A DNA stretch of 63,921 nucleotides, filler included, from Reticulomyxa filosa (taxonomy: Eukaryota; Protista; Foraminifera), in NCBI GenBank assembly GCA_000512085.1. It is 13 parts of 13 records of this genome, joined end to end, with 100 filler letters (N's around TTAATTAATTAA, not from the genome) between each part and the next. Parts side by side here need not be neighbours in the genome. Positions count along the whole stretch, not along the records: positions 10,117 to 13,244 come from ASPP01000723.1; positions 13,345 to 17,418 come from ASPP01003610.1; positions 17,519 to 24,132 come from ASPP01024221.1; positions 24,233 to 27,044 come from ASPP01006614.1; 9 more parts are not named here. One strand, 5' to 3'. The position numbers and the translations under genes are program-made. Positions within the stretch are counted from its first letter, which is position 1. Each line of letters starts with the position of its first letter. Below, piece by piece: positions 12,853-24,879 of this stretch. A model generated the notes under the pieces. It was not told the origin of the DNA. It made no database searches and saw nothing but the letters and a program-made list of their open reading frames with translations.

Positions 12853-13188
12853 TTAAACTATTTGTTGGCTATTATTAAATGAATTCTCATTGACGATTGT
12901 ATCTTCCAAAGAGAGCTGATACTCAACTCCACATCGGATAGTATTATTACCCTTACTATCTACAATGGGAATTCCAAACAAAGTGAGTTCTGATTCTTTT
13001 CTCCCACTCAACTGGTGAGAAAAGTCATCCCATTTAAACCCGAATACCGTCTGCGCTTCGACACCATCTTCAGTTTTCAGTTTCAGCACCAAGTGGATAT
13101 ACCCATCAAGAGATCTCTTTTCATTCCCAGTGCATTTCAGCGTCAATTTGGTTTTATGAGTTCGTAATTCGCCATACAGACGATACAG
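12853..13188 (-). CDS. Terminal exon of an unknown gene (5' part beyond the contig end)
   Basis: Open frame after a CAG acceptor near 13189; globular-looking sequence; stop at 12853. Confidence 0.45.
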   Translation of the reverse strand: MYRLYGELRTHKTKLTLKCTGNEKRSLDGYIHLVLKLKTEDGVEAQTVFGFKWDDFSHQLSGRKESELTLFGIPIVDSKGNNTIRCGVEYQLSLEDTIVNENSFNNSQQIV

Positions 13189-13244
13189 CTGTTTTGAATA
13201 ATATAAAAAAAAAAAAAAAAAAAAAAATTTTTTTTTTTTTTTTT

Positions 13245-13344
13245 NNNNNNNNNNNNNNNNNNNNNNNNNNNNNNNNNNNNNNNNNNNNTTAATTAATTAA
13301 NNNNNNNNNNNNNNNNNNNNNNNNNNNNNNNNNNNNNNNNNNNN
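13245..13344. other. Artificial contig spacer
   Basis: N44-TTAATTAATTAA-N44. Confidence 0.98.
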
Positions 13345-13589
13345 AAAGTAAGATGATATTAAACTTATTTGATTTGATTGAATGCAAGATTGAAAGATTT
13401 GTTCTCTTACTTTGTTGTTTAAAAAAATTTAAAAACAATATTTTTTAAAGAGTTCAAAAGTATAATAAATAAAAATTATATCTAAATATCAAAATAAATT
13501 GCAAAATATTTCAAGTATTGTGTTTTCTTCATTACAAATCACTATTAATTTATTAATTTTTTTTATGTCTATTTGCATATTATCAAACA

Positions 13590-13935
13590 ATCAAACAGTA
13601 CAATTGGGTGATTGTGATTGTCTGTGAAAGGAATCCATTGATTATTCTATTACTCCAAACACTTACATATTTCATCAACAATGTGTATTTATGTCCTCCA
13701 CCGATTTAATTACTATGTTTGTTATTATTTACCATTTTTACTACGCAATGTTCGTATAGTCCAACATCACTTGGATACTCACAAATAAACTTATAATCGT
13801 TTTTGAGTGTATGATAAGAATAACAAGCTCTTTGTTCATTACGTCCACAAATGAGGATTTTGTGTTTGTGTGGCACACATTGAGCTTGAGAAAGTGGATT
13901 AGACAATTCCTTCAAATTTTGAAAGATTTGCTCAT
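13590..13935 (-). pseudogene. Kelch-family gene relic
   Basis: KELSNPLSQAQCVPHKHKILICG...CYSYHTLKNDYKFICEYPSDV is paralogous to the Kelch exon at 29667-30872; premature stop and deletions. Confidence 0.75.
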
Positions 13936-16900
13936 GTTGTTAATATTGAGGAATTATGAAGTTTAGATTTTTTTAATAGATGGAAGGACGTCAAAAGTCC
14001 TCCTTTTAAAATTTTTGTAATGTAATGACTTATAAAACAAATATTATAATTTTTTATTAAAAAATTGCAAAATCGATCATCTATAAATTATTGTTTTTAT
14101 GTTGTTGGAAATCTTGAATGTGCTATAATAGTGATCTTAACGTCAGGTTCAAGCGAGAATGCAAATTCTTGCTATTCGTAACAAAGTTACTCATGGTTCT
14201 TTGGCCGTGCTCATTGGAAGTCTTTGTATATATTTAAAAAATATTAAAAACTTTCTACCTGGCTATTTACCTCAACATGAAATAGAAACATATTGTCTTA
14301 GATTCGAACGTTGTCTGGTTTTTCCAACCATTCAAGCAAAGGTTTGATCGACTCATGATCTTTGACAGCCCCTAACGATCTTGAGCTGTCAAATAATATT
14401 TTTTCAAAGCATGGAATTTATCTTTTCCTCCATATTTTACCACGACAGCATACACCAATCATTCCTTATCATATTGGCATGCATAAAAAACCAGTGTCAT
14501 ATGCATTTAAATGAATCCATCCAGTTTTTTTTTGCAGATTAAACAACGCAGTTGTTTCGTGTCCAATACGAAGTTTCATTGGAATTTCCAAACATCTTTC
14601 ACATGTTTTTTAAAAATGTAATATTTATTATCTTTTTTACTGCAAAAATAAAAAGGTATTTAATGTTAAAACACAAATCATAATCTTTTTTCAAATTCCA
14701 GAAAACTTTAAATTCTTTCTTCCATAGATGCGTATAATATTGAGACTAGTTTTGGTGGAAGAGCAATGCTTAAGTAATGTGTTTAGCTTTGACAAATGAG
14801 AAAGTTTACAACAAAAGTTAAAAAAGTGCACGATGTCAAAATAATACAATGTTGCAAAATTATGTCTTTTTGACAAAAAAGTAATATGTTGATTTTTTTG
14901 TTAGGAACAAGACGTCAAGTTCGATTATTTCAAGGTGTCCATTCACATTTTTATCTTAAAAATTTTCTTAGACAAATTTTGTTTGATAATCTCAACACTA
15001 GCCGAAAAAGAAAAAAAAACATCAATATCCAATCAAAATCATTACAATTTTATAAAAAGTAAACAATTATTGAAAAACAGAATTTTAATCATTACAATTA
15101 CCTTTTCGTTTTAATTACCTCCAATTTAACCTCTTCGCAAATGCGCAGCTCTAAAAATACAAAAAAATACATCATTTTCTTTTTTGATTCGACAATACAA
15201 TATCTTGTTTTAAGGTATTTTGATGTAGGTCAATTTAACTGACTGATATACTGCAAAAAAAAAAGACATAAAAAAGAAACATTTTCTTTTTAGTTGACCA
15301 TCACTTTAGGAACATTAAGAAGTAGTGTTGGTCAAGGTTAACACCATTCCAGAAAAATTATTACAAACAGATTTTCTTTTACACAAAAAAAGAAATGTAC
15401 TGACTTAGCAGTGTTAGCAAAAACGACTAAATTTCTCTATGGTTTAAAAAAGCAAAGAAACAAAAACAAACTTTTTTTTGTTGCAAGGTTCTCACAAAAA
15501 GTTATCCTAGTTTTTGACGGGAAAAAAAGTGTCAATGAAGTGCAGAAAAGAAATACTAATTGTTTTATTTTTTGATTAATTCTAAATTGTTATATTTTTG
15601 CGCTAAAATTATGTTATATTCACTCCAAAAAAATTAGAGTTTCTTAAAATTTTAACCAAAATCAGAGTGAAAAAGAACTTCAATAAAAAATTTTTGTTCA
15701 AGTACAATATGAATGGCTTGTTTCTGATTGATACAACAGTAAAATATGTCAAATAATACATATAAATTGAGATAATAACGAATTTCTTCTGTATATTTAT
15801 TTGCTTTATTTTGTTGATATGTTCATCTTTCAAAAGTTTTTATGACAATGATGAGTAAGTTGAATGTCAAAAACTTTTGGACCAGAGGCTACATTACTTG
15901 ATGATATTAACAAATATTATGTTTTTGTTGGTAAAACAACATTTAGTGATGAAAATTTCCATTCTCATGTATTTACGGAGTAACATTATCAGGAGGTGTG
16001 CAAAAACAATTGACAATTCCAAATATATCTGGTATTTTTATACCATTCAAGAGATCCACTCAAAAAAAAACATACAGATTCTCAAGTGGATCAAAAAAAA
16101 TCTTGCGCCACTCAAAATCGCCACTAAGGATAAAATGAATAAAATAAAGGAGTGCAAATTTCTTTTATTTTTTCATTCATTTGTATTTGCTTTAAGAGAC
16201 ATTATAATGAGTTGGTAATCTTGCAAGGTATCAAAGTTTAATTTAATGTCCTAATGATTTGGAAAACTTGAGTTAAAATAACTAAAATAACACTCAGCAT
16301 AAATTAACAAGAGTCAGCACAATAAATACATAAAAAAACAAAAATGCAACATTTTGCTGTTCATTACTATCATTTTTTCTTTTTGATCTTCAAAAGAGCC
16401 ATTGACGATAACATTTAATTTGTAACTATTTCTTGCAGTTATTCAAAAAAAAGCAAGTCTTAAGTTTTGATCAATAAAAATATCAAATGTTAAATATATC
16501 CCTTTGAAAAATTTGTTCAATAAAAATACAGCAAACAAAATAAACACTATTTCAAAAAAATAATTCACATGTTCGGAATTGTATCCTTTGATCATACATA
16601 TGAATAATTTCAACAAAGCATACCAGCATCTGATAAGTCAAGTGTTTTTCTCAGGTTGAGAAAAATCAACATCAATCAAAGTTGTACTCATGTTACACTT
16701 TGTTCTTTTCTAAAGAGAATTCTCACAACTAATAAAAAAAATATTTAAAAGAAAACAACGTCCTACGGATGATTTAAGAATAGACGTTGAGCTTTTGCGT
16801 CTCCTTCTTTTTAGTGACCTACCCAGCGTTTATTTTGTTTTGATAAGCATAAGTTTTTGAAAGTTGTTTGTAGTAATACAATGGATCATAATTAAGTAAG

Positions 16901-17418
16901 TCTTTGAGCATTTTATTTTTTCATTTGTTTTCTGTTGCATTTCCTTTATTCGATTGTTTTATCGATTGAATTACAATAAGAAATTTTACGTGTCGTATTT
17001 TTGTTGTTCTTCCTTGGAATAATTTTTTGGCTGAGGACATTTGTGGCAATTAAAGGTTTTTTAGATGAAAAGAAAAGTTAGTGTATTGGATATCGCTTGT
17101 CCTTGAACGTAGGATATTGTTTTCTCAACATTGAAAGAGTACATTTTTAAAAGCTGTATTATTTGTAATAAAACAAAACAATAAAACAACGACAAGAGGA
17201 GAGGGCACCAGATGAATATGTTTTCCAAAGTGAGTTTCTGTACTTGTATTTTCTATTGGAAGCAAAATACAGTACAAGAATCAAATATTTCGAGTCCCTC
17301 CTCCTCTACTTAATAGCTTGGTGTCTAAAAGGATATAAAAATATTTGCAAGAGTCGATATTGTTGTTACAAGCCAAGCAAAAACAAAAAAAATAAAAATA
17401 AAATAAAAACAAAAAGGG

Positions 17419-17518
17419 NNNNNNNNNNNNNNNNNNNNNNNNNNNNNNNNNNNNNNNNNNNNTTAATTAATTAANNNNNNNNNNNNNNNNNNNNNNNNNN
17501 NNNNNNNNNNNNNNNNNN
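17419..17518. other. Artificial contig spacer
   Basis: N44-TTAATTAATTAA-N44. Confidence 0.98.
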
Positions 17519-17594
17519 TGATTTTTCATGGAGAAAATCAATTATCATCATAAGATATGTTTTAGGACTTCAGTTTTCTTTGCAACCTACTGTA
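17519..17594 (-). mobile_element. Tc1/mariner-like terminal inverted repeat (element end, followed by TA)
   Basis: ATTTTTCATGGAGAAAATC...TTTAGG...CAGTTTTCTTTGCAACCTACTG|TA is the diverged reverse complement of the TIR starting at 23420. Confidence 0.65.
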
Positions 17595-17710
17595 TTAGAT
17601 TATAACTTAAAATAAGAACTAAGTTTAAAACAAAAATTACCTAACATTAAATAATATGATAATAATGAAGACCAAGTGTTTATTAAATCTAGAATAAGTT
17701 CTTGCTTTTG

Positions 17711-17790
17711 TACGGTAGAATGCAAAGCAAAGGTGACAATAAAATTGCACATTATATAGATTATTGATTTTCTTCATGAAAAAACAAATT
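17711..17790 (+). mobile_element. Tc1/mariner-like TIR copy
   Basis: TA|CGGTAGAATGCAAA...GCACATTATA...TTTTCTTCATGAAAAAA matches the copies at 30989 and 23420. Confidence 0.55.
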
Positions 17791-18099
17791 TTTCAAACAA
17801 TTAGTAAATATTTAATAAAAAACCAAATTATATTTAAAAACTACATTATTCGTATATATTTTTCAAAAAAAAAATTATGTCTGAATGTTGTTTTTTCAAT
17901 AATCTTTATAAGATGTCATTTTAGTTGTCAACTTTATTTTGCATTCTACTGTATATTCAACTGAAATCTTTTTTGCTTTATTTTAAGAGCAAATACATTT
18001 ATATATGTTCTTTTTTTGTGATAAAGCTATCGTTTTTATCAGCTTATTTCATGTATTGTCTTAAATTTTATTTGCTTACATTATTTTTCTCATAATATG

Positions 18100-18720
18100 A
18101 TTATCTTGGTATGCTTTGTTGTGTTTGCAGGCTTGCTAGCGTTGCAATTGTTATCATTGTCCTAGTCGTTGTCATTATCACTTTAGTGCGATTTGCTTAT
18201 TCTCAATCTTGTAGTCGTTCATGTATGGATGATATCAAATTGTTTATTACATGATTGTTCATCAGTAGTGTTCTATCAATGTCATTGAGTTCTCTTCGTC
18301 ATCTTCGTTATCTTTTCCAAATAATATTTTGTAACATTCTTTAATTTTTATGTGTAGTTCACGTTGCTGACTAACAACAATTGCCTCAGTAGTAACAGTA
18401 GTAGTTCTGTCAGAATAATTTAGACAGTGATCTTTTTTTTGCGTAACTAGATGTTTGATTTTTTAACTCGTACATACCTTTTTTGTCAAACATTCACATT
18501 GTGACAAGCACCAGGTCTTACAATACCGCGTGGCCTGCATCAAATATAGACACTATTATATCAATCACTCGAGTTCCAACTGTTGCACATGACGTCCATA
18601 GCCTTTATTCAACAAAAATCATAAAGCAACAACATTAAAAACAGCGTTGCCAATCACACGGTTCACAACTGCTTGATTGCTCATTTATCAAACGATTGCA
18701 CATAGAAATGATATAACATA
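18100..18720 (-). pseudogene. Decayed fragment, probably of the same repetitive gene family as 31380-38769
   Basis: Stop-ridden frames; IKAMDVMC resembles IKVLNMLC (about 32720, minus strand). Confidence 0.3.
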
Positions 18721-19624
18721 TTTTCATTGTTTTGTTTTCCCCTTTTTTTTATAAAAACTTGAACAAAAGATATAAATAAAAAAAATGATAACTTTAGTGA
18801 AAATCAAATAATAACTTTTTTCACTCTTTTTTCGTTTTCATCATATAACATTGAATTTCGAAAGTGACTGTTGCACATTTTTTATAATCTGATTACTGTA
18901 ACAACTTTTGGTAAGATTAATTTAAAGCCAACTTAAAGATATAAACATAGGCAAGTTGTGAATGTGAAGACAAAATGGTCACAAAACTTTCAAATTTCGG
19001 ATTACTCCCTTGTGTTGATTTATTCTTGCTAGTGTGCTACATCTATGTGAAATTAAAGGTTAGCAGGTGACATAAAAAAAACAAGCAATTTTCAATTGTT
19101 GGAATTATATCAAGTCTAAAATTTCATACTGACACAGTTAGCAATGCTGTCAATTTATTTGATTTGTGGCTCCTTATTTTCCTTTTGAATTTCTCCTTTT
19201 GAGCGTAAAGCAATCATGAAATGAATTTGATTATTACAACAAAAACAAGATAGACAAGTGTGTTGTTGAACAAGTCGTTTCCACGAAAAAAGATCGTAAG
19301 AAAATATGCATATATGCACAACAGAAAACATTTAAAATCTGATTTTAAATTATATAATAGAATGATATTTTGGTTTAGTTAATGAGAGCAATTGATTTTA
19401 CTTTTTGATGATTTATTGTTTTCATTATCATTATTTCATACACTAATATATATATGCTACTATCAATACACTTATTACTTCCGCCAAAAGATAACAAAGT
19501 TATTTCATTCGCTTTTTATTTTCCAATTACACAATGTCAAAATGAGTATCAATTTATTTGTTCATATCCATATGATATTGATTTGTATTAATTATATGAT
19601 AAGAATAACATTCTTTTTTTCATG

Positions 19625-19895
19625 ATAATCACAAATGAGGATTTCACCTTTGTATGGTCATTGAATAATTTTGAACTGAATCAGCAAAGGAACCAAACTA
19701 ATTCAGCATCACTTGGATACTCACAGATAAAATTGTATTTGTTTTTGAGTGTATGATAAGAATAACAGTCCCTTTTATGTGCACTCCCACAAATGAGGAT
19801 TTCATGTTTGTGTCTCACACATTGAGATAAAAAAAGTGAATTGAGCAACTACTTCAAATTTTGAAAGAGAATTGTGTTTTGGTTACCCATGTTGT
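19625..19895 (-). pseudogene. Kelch-family gene relic
   Basis: SQCVRHKHEILICG...CYSYHTQKQ / FICEYPSD motifs with frameshifts; a partial second copy near 19630-19660. Confidence 0.7.
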
Positions 19896-20029
19896 TAAGA
19901 TTGAGTGCTATTGAGCCTTGAACTTTTTTTGAAGGAACGCCCCTTTTAAGGAACTATTCATTAGTTACATTTTTGTTATGTACTTATGAATAAAATTATT
20001 TTTTAAATGCACTAAAAAAATGCAATATG

Positions 20030-21309
20030 GTTCAAAGTATTTAAGTTATATTGTGTCCGTGTTGCATCGACTTTCAGTGATTGGTGGTTGTTGATATACT
20101 ATTTGTTCTGGGTCAAGGAATAATACTATTCGTATATGCGATATTGAAATAACCAAAGATCGATCGTTTTCAAAGGACATAAAAGACTATTGAATAGTGC
20201 AAAATATGGATCAAATGAATTAGGAGATACAATATTATCTGGATCTGCTGATGAAAGTATTTGTTTGTGGGATATTCGATCAAATAAAAAAGAATTTTAT
20301 GTATTCAAAGGAGATGAAAAAAAAGACAATTGAATAAGACATCTTAAATTTAAACCATTGAAAAAGAAAGGAAATAAAAATGAAAAAATAATAATAGCTG
20401 TGATCGTACAGTCTATCAACAAAAACTCCAAAGTTTACTTCTGAAGAAACAAACGCACAGTAGCCGAACAAAGAAAAACGTATTAACGTTTCCATAAATT
20501 AAAAAATAAATTACTGTTTATTGTTGTAGGGTTCGTGCATGAGATGTAGACATTAATAAGCAAATTCAATCATTCGATGGACATTCAGATCGTGTAAGCT
20601 GTGTGAAATTTTCACCTTATCATTATCATAATAATCGTCAAAATGTCATTTGTTCTTCATCAGTTGAAACAATTCATTTTTGAAATATCAAAGATAATCA
20701 ACAATTACAAATATTTAATAAACACACTTATAGTGTTTGTGATATTGCATTTTCGCCACTTAATATTGATATTATTGTCAGTAGATCCAGAACACAAATA
20801 TCTATTCATGTATGTGATATTGAAACAACCAAACAATTCAATATATTCAATGGACATTAAAACGAAGTAATGATTGTAAGATATTACTCAAATGAGCTAG
20901 TGAGCAATGGTGCAAATACAATATTATCTGAATCAAGAGATAAAAGTGTTCGTTGTGGAATATTCGATCTGGTGAACAAATTCAATTGTTCAATGGACAT
21001 ACAAATTGGATTATGGATGTTGAATTTTTACCATTTGTAGTATATAATAGTGAAATTGGTAATATTTCAAATGTTATATGCTCTGGATCATTGGATAATA
21101 CAATTAGATTTTGGGATATTCGAGCAAATAAGAAGAAATTGTATATGATTAATGAACAAGACGTGGATGATGGAATATGTTGTCTTAAGTTTCTGTCATT
21201 GAAAACGAAAGAAAACTACAGTGAAAAAGCAAATTATGATCGTCATGTTACTATGTGTTACGATTTATCAAGTGGTCTTATTCATTTTTGGGGGAATACA
21301 TGTCAATGA
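20030..21309 (+). pseudogene. WD40-repeat family pseudogene fragments
   Basis: Repeated GH...VKYGSNE...ILSGS.D.S.RLWDIRSG units interrupted by stops and frameshifts; the 3' part (20953-21309) is still open. Confidence 0.8.
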
Positions 21310-21614
21310 AGTCTTTTGAATTTACATCAATTTTTTTCAGCGTAAAAATATGAACAAAGTTGTGTTGAATGGATTTCAATTAATTTTCCACTTATCATTC
21401 TATTTTGTTTATTTCATGGGATAAAATTAACATATTGTTAAAATAATCTAAAAATATTTTGAGTATTTTGTGAATACATTTGCTTTAAGAAATCATATTT
21501 GAATTCAGAATAAAATTATTCAAATCAAAAGTTTTTCTACTCTGTGAACGTTAATGATTTTTTGGGGTTAAAAAAGTAGATTCTAAAAAATTTTTATTGA
21601 GCAGGCCGAATTCA

Positions 21615-22709
21615 ATGACAAACTTTGGTTTTCTAACATTTTTTTTTTTCCAGTTTTTGTTTTATGGTTCAAAGTCTTCTTATGATCAGTGGATAAGAAT
21701 TATCATTGAAAACAAGTCAAACGAGCTTCTGGACGTAAAGAACAGTAAGTTGGAGTGGGGGAAATGGTATTGTAACAACGACAAGAGTGATGAAGGTTGC
21801 GGTCCTAGTAAATATTCACACATCGGATCTCGAACTGTTTTATCCTCTTGTGGTCGATCTGATGTAACTAGTGGAACTGAGGGATATTTTGAGCTTATTG
21901 CTACAGGAAACATGAGAGTTGCTTCGTTTAGATGGGACTGTCCTTATGGCAGAAAAAACAGCTATAGTGTTTCTGATACGTGCTCTGGTTGGAAGGTTAA
22001 CGCGTATGGTGGGAGTAAAGAGAACGGGCCAATCGGAGAAGTCATTATCATAGTAGAAAAAGACCCACCACCATCACCGCCACCACCGACACGCCCAAAA
22101 TGGCTTCTTTCTGATGCAATAAATGTAGCAGTTTGTGGGGGATCAGGGGTTGGAAAATCAAGTTTGGTCAACGCAATTAGAGGATTAAAACCAGGTGATC
22201 CAAAAGAAGCAAAAATTGATGTATGTGAAACAACAAACGTACATCAAGATTACCCTTTTTCCTTTGATGTTAATTCTATAAGTGTCAATTTTAGTATATG
22301 GGACTTACCTGGAGCTGGTACCGTTAATCATCCGTATGAAACATATATTGTTAATTTTGGAATTGGTTATATGAATTTGGTTATGGTTGTTGTTGGAGAG
22401 CGACTTACACCATTTGACTGTGAGATGATTAAATTTTTGGAGCAAAAAAATATCATTTATTATATTGTTCGTAACAAATTTGCTGATACAGCAAATAATA
22501 ATTTGTATGATAATAACATTACTCACAAACAAACATATAATAACGCCCGAAGTTATATAAATCGTAAATTGAAAAAAGTTGATATTAACGTGGCAAATTC
22601 TCGTATTTATCTTCTTTCGTCACGTGACAAAAATTTTGCAGATTGGGATAGCTTTATTCGTGAATTCAAATATGATCTCTCAAATCAAGTGTCTTCACAG
22701 GATACTTAG
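21615..22709 (+). CDS. Aegerolysin domain + polyproline linker + IRG/p47-like GTPase domain fusion
   Basis: Single open frame. About 21678-22061: YDQWIRIIIEN...VKN..LEWGK...DK..E...SCGRSD..SGTEG.FEL...F.WDCPYG.KN...W...G.....GPIG, the ostreolysin/pleurotolysin A pattern. Linker PPPSPPPP. About 22119-22682: INVAVCGGSGVGKSSLVNAIRG, VCETT, IWDLPGAGT, YYIVRNK, IYLLSS, the IRG G-domain pattern. Start is ATG 21615 or a splice acceptor at 21653. Confidence 0.9.
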   Translation: MTNFGFLTFFFFQFLFYGSKSSYDQWIRIIIENKSNELLDVKNSKLEWGKWYCNNDKSDEGCGPSKYSHIGSRTVLSSCGRSDVTSGTEGYFELIATGNMRVASFRWDCPYGRKNSYSVSDTCSGWKVNAYGGSKENGPIGEVIIIVEKDPPPSPPPPTRPKWLLSDAINVAVCGGSGVGKSSLVNAIRGLKPGDPKEAKIDVCETTNVHQDYPFSFDVNSISVNFSIWDLPGAGTVNHPYETYIVNFGIGYMNLVMVVVGERLTPFDCEMIKFLEQKNIIYYIVRNKFADTANNNLYDNNITHKQTYNNARSYINRKLKKVDINVANSRIYLLSSRDKNFADWDSFIREFKYDLSNQVSSQDT

Positions 22710-23417
22710 AGATGTCTTTTTAAATTTGTTTGATTTCAAAGTTCAAATCGAGTGCTAATCAGACTCCAAGTGAATTGTTATGTCACACATTCAAAAAATT
22801 TTTTTGTATAATTCTAAGTTATAAACCAAACTGTGTGACCTTTTAAAAACTTTGAAACATCAAATTCTTGCCACTCATTCAGAATTGAACAAATTCATTC
22901 ATTATTTGAAACTGGCATTACCAACCTATATTATTAATGAATTGTTTGCGTGCTTGTGCATTAACTTTAGCTCATTATACTTTTTCAAAAACGAATCAAA
23001 CAACAAATCAGCTATATGTTGAATATTTGTTTTTGCACAAAAACACACCAAACAAAAAAAACAGTTAGAGTAGAAAATTCTGTCCGATCTTCGTTAATTA
23101 AAAGATGTACTAACTATTTGATAAAATTATTGCAAAATATATTTACATATTTGTCTTGACATTTTTGTATTCAAGTGAAATTCTTCACTGTTAGTTATAA
23201 ATACATTTCAAAATCAAACCATTGAATTAACAAATTAATATAATATTGAATCAAAAAAAATTATTAGAAGAATTTGAATAATATCAAATTCACTATTCAC
23301 GTTAATTTCTCAAATAGTTTAGAAAACACAAATTATCATTAAGCTAAAAAGGTCAGCATCTAATCAGTTGTTTATACTTTTGACGCTGCAAAATTAAGTC
23401 AATTTTTTTTGATACAG

Positions 23418-23910
23418 TACAGTATATTGCAAAAAAAACTGCAATACCTAAATGGCACTATATGAAGAGAATCGATTTTCTCCATGAAAAATAAAGACTT
23501 AAACCTAATTTTTTTAAAAAATATCTACTAATCTTGTAGTTTTTAAATATTAAATTTTTTTTGTTGCTAATTTTCTTAATTGACATTTCAAAATTTTGAT
23601 ATTTAAAATAGTTAAACATTTGATTGCTTTTAAGAAAAGAGTTTCTGTTGGTATGCTGGTTGGTGGAGCTAGCATTCGATATGTAGCAAATAAATTTAAT
23701 ATAAATATATTTTCAATTTTGGCTGTCGTCATATAAGTGTAATGGAACCTTAAAAAGAAAAGCTGGATCTGGCAGGTCAGAGAAGATTCAGTATGTCACA
23801 AAATTAAAAAATAATGGATTGGTTTAAAGAAAATAATAGAACTGATAAATTTTCCTACTAATTCGCCAGACTTAAGTCCAATTGAGAACATTTGGTGGAC
23901 AATTATATAA
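23418..23910 (+). mobile_element. Internally deleted Tc1/mariner DNA transposon relic
   Basis: TA|CAGTATATTGCAAAAAAAACTGCAATACC TIR at 23420; frameshifted transposase remnant IMDWFKENN.ELINFPTNSPDLSPIENIW (SPDLNPIE motif) at about 23810-23900. Confidence 0.8.
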
Positions 23911-24132
23911 ATGCGAAAAAATTAAAATAATAAAAATATTTAAAAAAAATTTTGTTAAAAATTACGAAAGATATAAGACTAATCTTTTTTTAAAAGTATC
24001 TACGTGACTTGAAGATTCCTAAAATGAAAACAAAAATTTCTTATTTTCAATACAGGTTCAATTTATATGAACTCCTTCGAAATTTTTGAAAATCATTTCA
24101 AAAAATCATATTTTTGATCAACCTAGAAAAAA

Positions 24133-24232
24133 NNNNNNNNNNNNNNNNNNNNNNNNNNNNNNNNNNNNNNNNNNNNTTAATTAATTAANNNNNNNNNNNN
24201 NNNNNNNNNNNNNNNNNNNNNNNNNNNNNNNN
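24133..24232. other. Artificial contig spacer
   Basis: N44-TTAATTAATTAA-N44. Confidence 0.98.
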
Positions 24233-24879
24233 TTAATATTAATTATGAAGTAATTGACATTAATTTATTTTTTTTCAATATCACTTTTCATTGTTGTAAT
24301 TTCTTTGATATAACTCAACCCTTTGAAAATAATGATGTCGTATGATAAATACTCTACTCCAAGTCTTGTATTAATTTGCAACATCAATCTGCAAATGCAA
24401 TAATTGTATTTCATCTAATTATTTAAATATTTGTTCTCTAGTTGGCTCAGTCTATTTCCCAAATGGAGATTTGATTGTATGTTTAAGTCTTGCGATTTGA
24501 TTTAGTTCTTGTTTCGATCTAGCATTATCTGGCTCGGTATTTGGTATTCCAGCTTATGTTCAATGTATGTATGCACTTGATAATGTGTATTGCTTCACAT
24601 CTGACGCCGTTTTCACAATAAATGACATTGATCAATATTTGCTATGAAAACTTGTTACCATATTTAATACATAAAGAAAAATATAGCTGGCACTGAAAGA
24701 ACGCAACTGAGTAATAACACGATTTCTAGTTATGTATATAACACGGAATATCAATAAGAGCTCATATGAGTACGTGCCCTTGATCAAGGAAATTGAACCA
24801 AAAGTACTAAACCTAAAGAAGACAAGAAGAAAGAAAGAAACAGAAAAAATAAAGCCAAAACAATAGCATGAGACTTTTT

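Noticed and set aside
14400-16720. Retrotransposon remnants (KLRIGH near 14570; IFLNLRKTLD near 16650, minus strand)
   Set aside because: Motifs too short and degenerate to support without an alignment
17595-23419. Aegerolysin-GTPase as cargo of a single Tc1/mariner element
   Set aside because: The TIRs at 17592 and 23420 belong to elements extending away from the segment, and no inward-facing partner for the 17713 TIR was seen
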